Below, piece after piece: positions 9,847 through 19,989 of a stretch of DNA of 64,000 bases. The stretch covers positions 1 to 64,000 of the forward strand of contig JAYWGM010000028.1 in the NCBI GenBank assembly GCA_043778225.1. Direction: 5' to 3'. The stretch is from Deinococcales bacterium. Its GTDB lineage: Bacteria > Deinococcota > Deinococci > Deinococcales > JAAFIG01. Position 1 is the first letter of the stretch; every line of letters starts with the position of its first letter. The notes beneath the pieces were generated by a model. That model was given only the letters and a program-made list of their open reading frames with translations. It was not told the origin of the DNA and ran no database searches. The position numbers and the translations under genes were made by a program.

Positions 9847-10629
9847 TTAGAACCGATATACAAAGCCTTTTCCACCATAGCAAAGCGCATGGTCTAAGTT
9901 GACGCAAATCCCATCTGCGTAAATGAATGGCTCATCAACTTCGTCAGCCTCAAGTTGGCAGAGTCTAAAAATTGGTGTATGTCCATGAACAATCTGGGTC
10001 GCCTCAAACTTTTCGGCAAAAGCTCGAGGAATTTCACTGGGTTCATGTGCAAACGCCAAGCGCGAACTGAAACGTTCCTCAAGTTCGTCAAGTACATCTA
10101 TGGTTGGCTGGTGCAAAATTTTTCGAATTGTGGTATTTATGGACTCAATACTGTCGCCATACTGCAAGTAAAACTCGCTATCCGCATGAATCAAGAGCGT
10201 ATTTTTAATTTTTAGCATAACTGGGCGATTCTTTAGCCACTCAAGATGGTATTCTCTGATATGTTCCAAATCTGATTGGCACCCTCCAGCATTGCGTAAC
10301 CACATTTCTTTGAAGGTCATACGTTCGCCATATTTCAATAGGTTTTTCCGTAATTCTTGTCCGAAGTAATAAGCCTCGAGCATGACAACATCATGATTAC
10401 CAAGCAAGGCAATCACTTCTCCACCTGCTTGACTGGCTTCTTGCTCGAGGCACATAATCAAGTCCAGCACACCAATGCCATTCTCTCCTCTGTCCATATA
10501 ATCGCCTAGAAATATCAATCTTGAGTTGCCAGCAATCCAATGGCTATTCAAGTCAATAATTTCTTCACGTTGTAGCAATAAAACTAATGGCTCAAGGCAT
10601 CCGTGAATATCTCCAATGACTATATTCAT
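9847..10629 (-). CDS. Calcineurin-like metallophosphoesterase
   Basis: GDIHG, GDYMDRG, LGNHD, HGHTP motifs. Confidence 0.88.
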   Translation of the reverse strand: MNIVIGDIHGCLEPLVLLLQREEIIDLNSHWIAGNSRLIFLGDYMDRGENGIGVLDLIMCLEQEASQAGGEVIALLGNHDVVMLEAYYFGQELRKNLLKYGERMTFKEMWLRNAGGCQSDLEHIREYHLEWLKNRPVMLKIKNTLLIHADSEFYLQYGDSIESINTTIRKILHQPTIDVLDELEERFSSRLAFAHEPSEIPRAFAEKFEATQIVHGHTPIFRLCQLEADEVDEPFIYADGICVNLDHALCYGGKGFVYRF

Positions 10630-10662
10630 TTTTGCTCGAGAATCTAAAGTCACTTTTAACCT

Positions 10663-11460
10663 CTATTTCAGCCCGCCCTCGAGTGTTTTGGTGACTCGAG
10701 ATTCAAAAATAATGTACAAAATCAGAATCGGCAAGCTGGTAATCATTGCCGCCGCTCCAAGTTTGCCCCATGCGTTAGGATCTTTGCGAAGCATTTCGGT
10801 CAGCGCAACTTGGACTGTCCACCATTGGGGATTATCCAAGACCACTTTAGGGTACAGCACTAAATTCCAGTGGGCGGCAAAGCCCAGCACGGCAGCAGCC
10901 GTCATTTCTGGGCGCAGGAGCGGGGCAACTATTTTGAGGATGATTTGTAGGTTACTTGCGCCGTCCAAGCGAGCCGCTTCAATAAATGTCCATGGCAGTT
11001 TGGCAATGCCGCTGTAGAGTAAAAACACAATAAACGGATTGGCGATAAACGGAAAAACCAAAGCGAGTGGGTTATTGAGTAAGCCTAAATCCTTCAAAAG
11101 TCCATAAATTGGAATCAGCATTAACTCGGTTGGAATCGAAAGCAACAGCAAATAAAGCGGCAAGAGCTTTGCCCCACTGCGAATTGCATAGGCGGCTGGC
11201 AAGGAAACCGTCAGTTGCAGCACCACCACCAAACTCGAGACAATTAAGCTCAAGATTAATGGACGAATCAGGGTATCAAAAGGCAACTTGGCAAAATTCT
11301 CGAGCGTAAAGCCAGTCGGTACACCACTGGTCTTAAAAATGGCATCGGGTGGCAAAAAAGCGCTGTATGCCAGCCAGACAATTGGCAGCAGCACAAAAAT
11401 CAGCACGATACCAACAATAATTTTGCCAAGCCAAGTGCCGGATAATGTCGCGCCTTTCAT
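10663..11460 (-). CDS. Carbohydrate ABC transporter permease (MalG-like)
   Basis: EAARLDGAS EAA loop; multiple TM helices. Confidence 0.88.
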   Translation of the reverse strand: MKGATLSGTWLGKIIVGIVLIFVLLPIVWLAYSAFLPPDAIFKTSGVPTGFTLENFAKLPFDTLIRPLILSLIVSSLVVVLQLTVSLPAAYAIRSGAKLLPLYLLLLSIPTELMLIPIYGLLKDLGLLNNPLALVFPFIANPFIVFLLYSGIAKLPWTFIEAARLDGASNLQIILKIVAPLLRPEMTAAAVLGFAAHWNLVLYPKVVLDNPQWWTVQVALTEMLRKDPNAWGKLGAAAMITSLPILILYIIFESRVTKTLEGGLK

Positions 11461-12314
11461 TGCTCACTCCCACGCAAGGCTCGAGCTTGCAGGGCTGCAA
11501 AAGTAAACGCTAAGACCAAGGCACACATCGAAAGGGCTGCGCCATAACCAAATTCAAATTTTTCAAAAGCGGTTTCGTACAAAAAATAGCCCAAGACTTT
11601 GGTGCTGCCAAATGGTCCACCTCGAGTTAAAAGATAAACTGCGGTATAGCTTTGTAGGGCGTACAATCCGCCAATCACCGCCAGAAAAGTCAGGCTTGGG
11701 CGCAGTAGTGGAATCACGATTTTCCAGCGCACTTGGCTTTCGGTTGCTCCATCCACACGGGCTGCCTCGAGCGTTTCTTGAGGGATTCCTTTTAGCCCAG
11801 CACTGACCACCAAAACCGCATATCCGATATTTTGCCAAATCGTAAATGCCCCAACCAGCGTTAGTGCTGCCCAGCCTTGGTCGCCCCATGGCAGCGCCAC
11901 TGCACCATTGGTGATGCTTGCAATAATCCCATAATCTGGTGCGTAAAGCGTGTACCAACCAATTGCACTTGCGCCAATTGTCCAGAGTCCAGGCAGAAAC
12001 AAAATGGCTTTAATGATGCGTTCAAAGCGTGTTCCCTCGAGTTCGATTGCAATGATGGCAGACAGAACCACAAAAATTGGTAGAACAAAGGCTGCCAAAG
12101 TCAGGGTCGTGACCAAACTGCGCCCAAGGTCGGGATCGGCAAACAACCGCGCATAATTGCCAAAACCAATCGCTTCGCCCGGCACAACGCCATCCCATTT
12201 GAGGCTCGAGATTTGCAACACTTGTAAAAGTGGGTACAGCACAAAAACTGCCAGCAGCGTCAGGCTAGGCACAACACCCCACCAACCGGGGGTCAGTACA
12301 AATCGGGGTTTCAC
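11457..12314 (-). CDS. Carbohydrate ABC transporter permease (MalF-like)
   Basis: GFGNY, EAARVDGAT, LTRGGP motifs. Confidence 0.88.
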   Translation of the reverse strand: MKPRFVLTPGWWGVVPSLTLLAVFVLYPLLQVLQISSLKWDGVVPGEAIGFGNYARLFADPDLGRSLVTTLTLAAFVLPIFVVLSAIIAIELEGTRFERIIKAILFLPGLWTIGASAIGWYTLYAPDYGIIASITNGAVALPWGDQGWAALTLVGAFTIWQNIGYAVLVVSAGLKGIPQETLEAARVDGATESQVRWKIVIPLLRPSLTFLAVIGGLYALQSYTAVYLLTRGGPFGSTKVLGYFLYETAFEKFEFGYGAALSMCALVLAFTFAALQARALRGSEQ

Positions 12315-12886
12315 AAACTAAAGCGCAGCCCAAACGAGGCTCGAGCCATACCGATGGTGTTGTAATCAAAACCCAACTCGAGCGCAAAAATATCCAAGTA
12401 ATAACGCGCCGCAAAGCCCAAATCAAAAGCATACACAGCGTTACTCAAAGACAGCAACGAAAAGCTGACAGTGGCGTAAAGCGGGTCAAAGTTAATGTTG
12501 ATAAATGGACCAAAAGCAACCTTAAACGAATTTAAGGTTGTGCCAAGATTGCGAAAATCAAAATCTACCCACAAACCAACCCCAAGTAAACCGCCAGAAA
12601 TTGAATTTAAGACCAGGGCTTTGGCTAACAGCCCAGTGTCTATACCCCCCGAATTAAAGTTATAGCCCAACCGAGCCGTTAAACTGACATCTATGGGCAG
12701 TGGCACAGCAATTGGAATTTCGTACTCGAGAGCCACCGACAAGGCTTGGTTACTCGAGAAAGAATAATTGACTCGAGCCGTTAAACCCGACTCAAGCACC
12801 AGACCAAGCGGTGCAGCCGACACGGGCAGCGACACCAACAAGACTAAAATAATGGGACGCAAAATTCGGGAATAAAATCCATTCAT
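12311..12886 (-). CDS. Hypothetical exported protein, possible small outer-membrane beta-barrel
   Basis: Signal peptide (VSA-AP), alternating amphipathic strands, C-terminal FGLRFSL; leaderless TATACT-N7-ATG. Confidence 0.6.
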   Translation of the reverse strand: MNGFYSRILRPIILVLLVSLPVSAAPLGLVLESGLTARVNYSFSSNQALSVALEYEIPIAVPLPIDVSLTARLGYNFNSGGIDTGLLAKALVLNSISGGLLGVGLWVDFDFRNLGTTLNSFKVAFGPFININFDPLYATVSFSLLSLSNAVYAFDLGFAARYYLDIFALELGFDYNTIGMARASFGLRFSL

Positions 12887-12962
12887 GGGATTCAGTATAC
12901 GATGCGATTCAAAAGAATAAATGTAAAAGAAAATCAAAAAACTCATGTAGGGTGTAAACACC

Positions 12963-12999
12963 AAAAAAACCAGACGCAAGAATTGAATTCTTGCGTCTG
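12963..12999 (-). terminator. Intrinsic terminator of the tRNA pair
   Basis: cagacgcaagaatt/aattcttgcgtctg inverted repeat followed by a T7 run on the minus strand. Confidence 0.8.
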
Positions 13000-13004
13000 T
13001 GTCG

Positions 13005-13079
13005 TGGTAGGCTCGAGCAGATTTGAACTGCTGACCCCTACAGTGTCAATGTAGTGCTCTACCCCTGAGCTACGAGCCT
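13005..13079 (-). tRNA. tRNA-Val(GAC)
   Basis: Cloverleaf with anticodon arm CTACA-TTGACAC-TGTAG, TTCAAAT T-loop and encoded CCA. Confidence 0.95.
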
Positions 13080-13091
13080 AAAAATGGGTTG

Positions 13092-13166
13092 TGGAGGCGT
13101 TGGGCGGATTCGAACCGCCGGATGAAGCTTTTGCAGAGCTTTGCCTTACCACTTGGCTACAACGCC
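13092..13166 (-). tRNA. tRNA-Cys(GCA)
   Basis: GGCGTTG acceptor, AAGCT-CTGCAAA-AGCTT anticodon arm, GGTTCGAATCC, U73-CCA. Confidence 0.95.
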
Positions 13167-13243
13167 GTGCCAAAACTCGGTTTCTCGAGCGGCGAGGAGT
13201 TTATCACCTGTTTAGCGATGTGTCAAACGGGTAAGCTGTTCAG

Positions 13244-14095
13244 ATGTTAGATGACCTCGAGACTGGACAAAACTTTGTGCGCTTAAACGGTGTGGATTTG
13301 TTTTACACCGACACTGGGCGCGATGATGCGGCAACAATTATTTATTTGCACGACCTTGGATATAACAGTTATAGCTTTGCAGAAATCTGTGGCGAATTAC
13401 TTTCTGATTACCGCGTCATTTATTTAGACCAGCGCGGCTGTGGCAGAAGCAGCGAACTCGAGGCGAACCCTGAGTTATTTACCATCGATGCAATGGTAGA
13501 CGACCTCGAAGCCTTGCGGGTACATCTGGGCTTACGGCGTTTTGTACCGCTTGGGCATGGTTTTGGGGCTTTGATTGGGCTCGAGTATGCACGGCGTTTT
13601 GCTGGGCATATTGACCGTGTGATTGCCGTCAACCCGTGGGTACATTTTCCAGAACTCTCGAGGGTATTGCTCGATGCTGCAAGTCGTTTAACAGAGCGTA
13701 GTCTTAGTGTCTCCGACGATTCTGAGGCTCGAGCCGAGGCGGCATTTGAATTAAGAAGCGATTTACTTTCGGTGCTGCATTTCCCAAATCCAGCTTCGCG
13801 CTTGCACCTTGAATTTGTGGACTCAGAATCGGGTTTATTTGGCAGTGGCTTGGTGCAAGAAGGTCTGGTTTTTAATCAACTCTGGGAGCTTGAGTACCCT
13901 TTATACTTTAGCGAGATTCAAACCCCAGTTTTTGTGATTGCTGGCATTGAAGACATCACCAGTTACCCCAGTCAGACCGATTGGTTGGTAGATTTATTGC
14001 AGTCAGAATTATATGAACTCGAGGCTGGGCACTACCCGTGGCTCGAGGATACCGAAGTTTTTGTCAGGGCTGTTGTTGAAGCCATGGAAAGTTAA
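13244..14095 (+). CDS. Alpha/beta hydrolase fold protein (proline iminopeptidase-like)
   Basis: DQRGCGRS, GHGFG elbow, AGHYPW; leaderless TAAGCT-N6-ATG. Confidence 0.8.
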   Translation: MLDDLETGQNFVRLNGVDLFYTDTGRDDAATIIYLHDLGYNSYSFAEICGELLSDYRVIYLDQRGCGRSSELEANPELFTIDAMVDDLEALRVHLGLRRFVPLGHGFGALIGLEYARRFAGHIDRVIAVNPWVHFPELSRVLLDAASRLTERSLSVSDDSEARAEAAFELRSDLLSVLHFPNPASRLHLEFVDSESGLFGSGLVQEGLVFNQLWELEYPLYFSEIQTPVFVIAGIEDITSYPSQTDWLVDLLQSELYELEAGHYPWLEDTEVFVRAVVEAMES

Positions 14096-14406
14096 AAATC
14101 TCGAGTCTCTAAAAGCACTCGAGTCAACAGGGTATCGCCTCCTTTTGTCTGCACCAGTGGATTTTGTAAACCTTTTGGGTGTCGAGTTACCTCCTTTCAC
14201 GTACTTTCTGAATTTAAGATTAAAGAAATAACCTGATTTTTACCTGACACGGTTTGCCTCGAGTCGCCAAAACCTGTACACTCGACTCACTTTGAAGATT
14301 TCCATGTGGCAACTTGATGCGATTCCGCCGCCAGCACCTTATTTTTGAAGGTGCAAGTCGTTTATTTATTTTTTCCAACTCGAATACTCGAGTCAAGGGG
14401 TGTCTT

Positions 14407-15771
14407 ATGGGTTTTATCAATTTAGTCACACATATTCCGGGCGAAAAGTCCAAACAACTCAATCAACGCCGCGCCAATGCGGTTTCCGGTGGTTTAGCCA
14501 TGGCAAATGGAATCGCCGTGGTATCTGCCCAAGGCAGCGTGGTTCAGGATGCTGATGGCAATACCTTGATTGACTTGGCAGGTGGCATTGGGGTGCTGGC
14601 GGTTGGGCATCGCCCAAAAAGTGTGACCGATGCCATTCATGCCCAAGTCGATAAATACCTGCATATGTGCAGCATCGTGGCAAATTATGAGCCATATGTT
14701 GAGGTTTGCGAAGCCCTCAACCGCTTAACGCCTGGCGATTTTGCCAAGAAAACGCTTTTGTCCAATGGCGGCGCGGAAGCGGTCGAGAACGCCGTTAAAT
14801 TGGCACGCAAGTTTACGGGCAGGGCTGGCGTGATTGTCTTTGAGGGCGCATACCACGGGCGCAGCAATTTAACCATGGCAATGACCAGCAAATGGGGCTT
14901 ATTCAAAAAAGGCTTTGGTCCGTTTGCCCCAGAGGTCTACCGTTTGCCACTGCCCAATATGTACCGCACACCAGTCGGAATCTCGAGCCAAGACTACTTG
15001 AATTGGGCTTGTAAAAACCTTGACGATGCCATGGTTAGCCACATTGACCCAAGTGCAGTGGCGTGTATTGTGATCGAGCCAGTCGTCGGTGAGGGTGGTT
15101 TTATTCCCGTCCCCAAGCAATTCTTAGAAAAAATCCGTGAAATCTGCACCCGAATTGGCGCGGTCATGATTGCCGACGAAATCCAAAGCGGTTCTGGGCG
15201 AACCGGTAAACTCTGGGCAATCGAACACTCGGGGGTTGTGCCAGATATGATTATCAGTGCCAAAAGTCTGGCGGCTGGACTGCCTTTAAGCGCCATCACC
15301 GGTCGAGCCGAAATCATGGACAGCCCCCACATTGGCGGGGTTGGCAGCACTTACGGCGGCAATCCATTGGCGTGTGTGGCGGCACTCGAGGCGCTAGAAT
15401 TATTACAAAGCAGCGATTTGCAAACTGGCGCGGCACACATCGAACAGACCGTGCGAACGATGTTTGAACCAATGATGCTCGAGTTACCCTGTGTTGGCGA
15501 TGTGCGCGGTATTGGCGGCATGATGGTCGTGGAATTCGTTAAAGACCAAATCAGCAAAGAACCGTGGACTGAACTTGTGCCAGATATTGCCAAGCGCTGT
15601 CTCGAGGGTGGTGTGGTGCTGTTGCGGGCGGGGCTGTACAGCAATTGCATTCGCTTTTTGCCACAACTCGACATTGAACCAGCCATGCTGCACGAAGCCC
15701 TGAGTGTCGTCCAAGGCGCAATTCGAACCGCTTATGCTGCCCAGAAACCCAAAGAACTTGTGGCTGCATAA
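14407..15771 (+). CDS. gabT: 4-aminobutyrate aminotransferase (class III PLP)
   Basis: DLAGGIG, GAEAVENAVK, YHGR, IEPVVGEGGF, ADEIQSG, AKSL, TYGGNP motifs. Confidence 0.88.
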   Translation: MGFINLVTHIPGEKSKQLNQRRANAVSGGLAMANGIAVVSAQGSVVQDADGNTLIDLAGGIGVLAVGHRPKSVTDAIHAQVDKYLHMCSIVANYEPYVEVCEALNRLTPGDFAKKTLLSNGGAEAVENAVKLARKFTGRAGVIVFEGAYHGRSNLTMAMTSKWGLFKKGFGPFAPEVYRLPLPNMYRTPVGISSQDYLNWACKNLDDAMVSHIDPSAVACIVIEPVVGEGGFIPVPKQFLEKIREICTRIGAVMIADEIQSGSGRTGKLWAIEHSGVVPDMIISAKSLAAGLPLSAITGRAEIMDSPHIGGVGSTYGGNPLACVAALEALELLQSSDLQTGAAHIEQTVRTMFEPMMLELPCVGDVRGIGGMMVVEFVKDQISKEPWTELVPDIAKRCLEGGVVLLRAGLYSNCIRFLPQLDIEPAMLHEALSVVQGAIRTAYAAQKPKELVAA

Positions 15772-15782
15772 CAAGGAAATTC

Positions 15783-16448
15783 ATGACCAATCTTCCTGTG
15801 CTTGTCTCGAGTAGTGACGGGCGCTTCAAAGTCGTCAACAGCAGCCTCGAGATGACCCAAGACCTCGAGCAGATTCAGCGTATCTCGTTTCCCGAACTCT
15901 CAGATGCGGACATCATGTCGGCGCACCATTTTGCTTCGCATATTCAGATTTTTCCGGCTGGACAACACGCCATTATCGACACGCTCAACAACAAAGTTGT
16001 GGCAAGCTCGAGTGACCTGATGCTCAAGTTAGACTTTAAGCATTATCAGCATTCTTTCTTTCCAGCCGTCGGAGATGGATTTTTTACGACCCACAACCAA
16101 AATGCTCACTGGTTATATGGCGCAGATATTGGGGTATTGCCCGAATACCGCAGTTTAGGACTCTCGAGTTTACTCTACAAAGCCCGTCAGGAACTTGTGG
16201 TGCGCTTAGGGCTGCATGGACATTATGCTGGGGCGATGCCAAAAGGCTATGGGGCGCTGCGGCTCGAGATGCCAATCGAAGAATACCTGCATCAAGTGAT
16301 TCGCGGTGAGCGTTTTGACCCTGTGTTAAGCATTCAACTCAAACGCGGTTACAGAATTTATGGGGTCATTCCAGACTATCTCGAGGATGCAAGTTGCGCC
16401 AATTACGGGATTTTAATTGTTTGGCGCAACAAGGCGGTGATGTGGTGA
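15783..16448 (+). CDS. GNAT-family N-acetyltransferase (YkwB-like)
   Basis: FPAGQ, VLPEYRSLGL acetyl-CoA motif, DPVLSIQL, DYLED..S.NY. Confidence 0.75.
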   Translation: MTNLPVLVSSSDGRFKVVNSSLEMTQDLEQIQRISFPELSDADIMSAHHFASHIQIFPAGQHAIIDTLNNKVVASSSDLMLKLDFKHYQHSFFPAVGDGFFTTHNQNAHWLYGADIGVLPEYRSLGLSSLLYKARQELVVRLGLHGHYAGAMPKGYGALRLEMPIEEYLHQVIRGERFDPVLSIQLKRGYRIYGVIPDYLEDASCANYGILIVWRNKAVMW

Positions 16449-17944
16449 TCGATTTACTTTTTACCAACGCCAAAATCTGGGTGGCTCGAGGACAAACCGC
16501 CAGCAGCATGGGGATTCAAGCTGGAAAAATTATTGCCCTAGACACACCAAATGCAGAGGCTCGAGAAACCATAGACTTAGCTGGTCTTGCCATTTATCCT
16601 GGTTGGAACGATGCCCATGTTCATGTTTGGAAAGTCGGGCATCTGCGGACTTCGATGCTTGATTTACGCGATGCCAGCACCCTTGAGGAAGTGTATCAAC
16701 TGGTGCATTCTCGAGCCAAAAGTCTCGAGTCCGGGCAATGGCTTTTGGGGCGCGGTTGGAACGAAGCTAAACTTGGCGGCAGCCCAACCCGAGCTATGCT
16801 CGACCGCGTTGCACCCAATAATCCCGTGGTACTGACCCGAACTTGCGCCCATATTCACAGCCTCAACTCGAGGGCGCTGGGACTGGCTGGTATTCACGAA
16901 AATACGATTGTGCCGCAGGGTGGCGAAATTCATCTCGAGAATGGAATACTGTTTGAAACCGCCCATGGGCTGGTCTTACAAGCCATGCCAGCTTTTAGCG
17001 TTGAGGATTGCAAAAAGTTTATTCTGGCGGGCTTAGATTGGCTTGCCCAGCATGGTATCACCAGTTGCACTGACCCAGCCGTAGACCCGATTTTACTCGA
17101 GGCATACCGTCAACTCGAAGCAGAAAACGCCCTGCCCATTCGGGTGAATCTGCTTTTTATTCGCCGTCCAGACGGTGGGGCGCACACCTATGCTTTGCCC
17201 GAAAAGTTTAACTCGGATTTTTTGCGGCTAGACAGCGTAAAATTCTTTGCTGATGGTGGTCTGAGTGGTGCGACGGCTGCTGTTAGTCTCCCCTATCAGA
17301 ACACCGATTTCCCAAGCCATGGGGTGTTGCGTTTTGAGACCCAAAACCTGTACCAACTGGCACTCGAGGCGCATCAAAACGGTTTTCGGATTGGCACACA
17401 CGCGATTGGCGATGTGGCATTGGACCAGATTCTGACAGTTTACGAGCGGTTATCAAAAACACCTTTTCCACAAATTCGCCATCGGATCGAACATTTTGGG
17501 CTGGCAAACCAAACTCACTTGACTCGAGCCAAAACGCTTGGTGTGATTGTCGTGCCGCAACCAATTTTTTTACATGAACTGGCTGGAAATTTTAGAAAAT
17601 ACCTACCGACAGAATTTATCGCACATTGCTATAACCTACGTGCGATGTTTGAGGCTGGCTTAACCACCGTCTTCTCGAGCGATGCCCCAGTCGTCAAAGA
17701 AGTCAACCCACTGATTGGGATTCATGCGGCTACCTTCGAGCCGTTTATGGCTGGCAATCAGGTTTCACTCGAGCAAGCTATCGAAGCCTTTACCTTAAAT
17801 GGTGCAATTGCCTCAGGTGACGAGTATAATCGTGGTACGCTAAAACTTGGTCAGTTCGCCGACTTTACGGTTTACGCTAACAGCAACGCCCCCGTTCTCG
17901 AGTGGGACCTCGAAAGCACTTGGGTTGGAGGGAAACAATTATGA
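16445..17944 (+). CDS. Metal-dependent amidohydrolase (YtcJ/Amidohydro_3)
   Basis: PGWNDAHVH, KFFADG, HAIGD, RIEH, SSDAP motifs; GTGA overlap with upstream stop. Confidence 0.88.
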   Translation: MIDLLFTNAKIWVARGQTASSMGIQAGKIIALDTPNAEARETIDLAGLAIYPGWNDAHVHVWKVGHLRTSMLDLRDASTLEEVYQLVHSRAKSLESGQWLLGRGWNEAKLGGSPTRAMLDRVAPNNPVVLTRTCAHIHSLNSRALGLAGIHENTIVPQGGEIHLENGILFETAHGLVLQAMPAFSVEDCKKFILAGLDWLAQHGITSCTDPAVDPILLEAYRQLEAENALPIRVNLLFIRRPDGGAHTYALPEKFNSDFLRLDSVKFFADGGLSGATAAVSLPYQNTDFPSHGVLRFETQNLYQLALEAHQNGFRIGTHAIGDVALDQILTVYERLSKTPFPQIRHRIEHFGLANQTHLTRAKTLGVIVVPQPIFLHELAGNFRKYLPTEFIAHCYNLRAMFEAGLTTVFSSDAPVVKEVNPLIGIHAATFEPFMAGNQVSLEQAIEAFTLNGAIASGDEYNRGTLKLGQFADFTVYANSNAPVLEWDLESTWVGGKQL

Positions 17945-18324
17945 GTTACGCAGCCAGTTTACAAACCTATTTAGAAGCCTGGAACGAACGCGATTCCAGC
18001 ATCCGCCTTGATAAATTAGCCAGTATTGTCCATCCGGGAGTACAGCTTTTTGACCCACTAGCCCATATGACTGGCGCAGTCGTGATTGCTAAGTTTATTG
18101 CCAAAGTTCACAGCAGCGTGGCTTTTGACCGCCTCGAGTTTACCTCTGGTTTTCAAAAACACGAACACGGTTTATGGGTGCGTTATGGCTGGGGAATGTG
18201 GTTACAAGAAGTCAATCGTATGGAATCCGAAGGCATGGATGTGGTGGAATTCGATAAATTCGGGAAAATTCGCCAGATTATTTCTTTTAGCGGCAAAATT
18301 CCTGATAAGTCTCGAGACGAGTAG
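17941..18324 (+). CDS. SnoaL/NTF2-like protein
   Basis: YLEAWNE.D, FDP, GMDVVEF...GKI..I..F pattern. Confidence 0.7.
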   Translation: MSYAASLQTYLEAWNERDSSIRLDKLASIVHPGVQLFDPLAHMTGAVVIAKFIAKVHSSVAFDRLEFTSGFQKHEHGLWVRYGWGMWLQEVNRMESEGMDVVEFDKFGKIRQIISFSGKIPDKSRDE

Positions 18325-18329
18325 ACACT

Positions 18330-18348
18330 TGTACAGCAAAGTTGTACA
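18330..18348 (+). promoter_or_regulatory. YefM-YoeB autoregulatory operator
   Basis: Two TGTACA palindromes (18330, 18343) overlapping the -10 box just before the antitoxin ATG. Confidence 0.6.
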
Positions 18349-18356
18349 GTACATAA

Positions 18357-18632
18357 ATGCGAACCCAAACTTCTTACAGCCACGCTCGAGCCAACCTCGC
18401 CCAACTGCTTGATACCGCCACAGACGACCGCGAAATCGTTGTGGTGCAACGGCGCGGCAAAGAAGACGTGGCAATGATTGCCTTGGACGAACTTGAACGA
18501 CTTTTAGAAACAGCTTATTTACACCGTAGCCCAGCCAACCTGAAGCGTTTTGAAGAATCCATAGCTCAATCCAAAGCAGGCAAAAGCATCGAATTAACCG
18601 TTGAACAACTGCGTGAACGCGTTGGCTTATGA
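18357..18632 (+). CDS. yefM: Phd/YefM antitoxin
   Basis: SYSHARANLAQLLD, ETAYLHRSPAN. Confidence 0.9.
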   Translation: MRTQTSYSHARANLAQLLDTATDDREIVVVQRRGKEDVAMIALDELERLLETAYLHRSPANLKRFEESIAQSKAGKSIELTVEQLRERVGL

Positions 18633-18895
18633 AAAAACGAAAAACCGTCTTCATTCCTAATTTTCTCGAGGACTTAGAATACTGGGTGTCTACGGATAGA
18701 AAAGTAGTGGTCCGAATTTTTAAGCTCATTGAAGCCATTGCTCGAGACCCATTTGTTGGCATTGGTAAACCAAAAGCACTCAAACACCAAGAAAATACCT
18801 ATTGGTCAAGACACATTGATGACGAACATCGTTTAGTTTATGAAGTTTCAGATACGCAAATCGAATTTCGTCAAGCACGGTATCATTACAAATAA
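18629..18895 (+). CDS. yoeB: Txe/YoeB toxin
   Basis: PFVGIGKPKALK, WSRHIDDEHRLVY, RYHY. Confidence 0.9.
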   Translation: MKKRKTVFIPNFLEDLEYWVSTDRKVVVRIFKLIEAIARDPFVGIGKPKALKHQENTYWSRHIDDEHRLVYEVSDTQIEFRQARYHYK

Positions 18896-18916
18896 AGTAT
18901 TCCAAGGAGGTTGACC

Positions 18917-19381
18917 ATGAATTCGACACAAACACTTTTACAACGAGCCGATATTGCTGTTTTCTCAGTAAATAATTCCTTGCAATTGATCATAGAAATC
19001 GCAACAAAAAAGAACACCGCTTCAGACTGGGCAGTGACACGTCGCCAAGATTTATTTGCTCATAAAGGATTGCCCAGCAGCCCATTTTTTATGTTGGTGC
19101 TACCAGACCAAATTTACTTATGGGTCAATGCAAACGAAGACCTGCAACAAAAACCAGATTATCAGCTCGAGACAACTGCTGTGCTTGGGACTTCTCTAGC
19201 GGCTGATTTACCAAGCATTAGTGAGTATGGACTAGCCATTATTACCCGTTCGTGGCTGAATATGCTGATCGTCGCTGATTTATCAGTTGCAGACTTCAAG
19301 CCAGATAAACTATGGCTGTTTAAATCGGGGCTTTACAATGCAATCAAACGTGGCTCAGTTGCATCTGATACTTACTTATGA
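18917..19381 (+). CDS. Hypothetical protein with PD-(D/E)xK-like signature
   Basis: AGGAGG RBS; ADIAV...IIEIATK; overlaps the downstream PIN gene. Confidence 0.6.
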   Translation: MNSTQTLLQRADIAVFSVNNSLQLIIEIATKKNTASDWAVTRRQDLFAHKGLPSSPFFMLVLPDQIYLWVNANEDLQQKPDYQLETTAVLGTSLAADLPSISEYGLAIITRSWLNMLIVADLSVADFKPDKLWLFKSGLYNAIKRGSVASDTYL

Positions 19382-19980
19382 TTGTGTATGTCGAATCAAA
19401 TTTTATTCTCGAGCTGGCATACTTACAAGAAGAACACGATTTTTGCATACAACTTCTTGAACTTGCAATTGCTAAAAAAATTCGGTTGGTTGTACCAAAT
19501 TATTGTGTAGCCGAGGCTTATCATTCTTGGGTGGTCAAATCGAACAAACGCCTTGACATCAACCGTAAAATCAGTGAAGAAATTAGGGAGCTAAGTCGTT
19601 CAAAACCCTATACGATTTCAGCCCAAGATTTGAATGGAATTGCACTCTTACTAGCAGAAAGTACCGAATCAGAAAAACAGCTTTTAGATCAAAGAATTTC
19701 TGAAATTCTTGTACATTCAACTTTAATTGCTTTTGAGCCAGCAACGATTGTTACTGCCACTGCTTCGCAAGTCAATTACGATCTATCCATTCAGGATTCG
19801 CTTGTTTTTGCGTCTGTTATGACCCATTTACAGAATAAATCTGGAGAATCGAAGTGCTTTATCACCAAAAATTCTAGGGATTTTGGGTCAACAGATGTTC
19901 TATCGCAATTCAATCAACACAATTGCAAAGTTCTTTTCAAGTTTCAAGCTGGTTTAGGCTATATTCAAAGTCAATTATAG
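19378..19980 (+). CDS. PIN-domain protein
   Basis: VYVESNF, QDSLVFAS, FITKNSRDF acidic PIN motifs. Confidence 0.75.
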   Translation: MIVYVESNFILELAYLQEEHDFCIQLLELAIAKKIRLVVPNYCVAEAYHSWVVKSNKRLDINRKISEEIRELSRSKPYTISAQDLNGIALLLAESTESEKQLLDQRISEILVHSTLIAFEPATIVTATASQVNYDLSIQDSLVFASVMTHLQNKSGESKCFITKNSRDFGSTDVLSQFNQHNCKVLFKFQAGLGYIQSQL

Positions 19981-19989
19981 GAGTCCATC

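Noticed and set aside
14009..14200. 63-aa minus-strand ORF
   Set aside because: Overlaps the hydrolase 3' end and has no recognisable features
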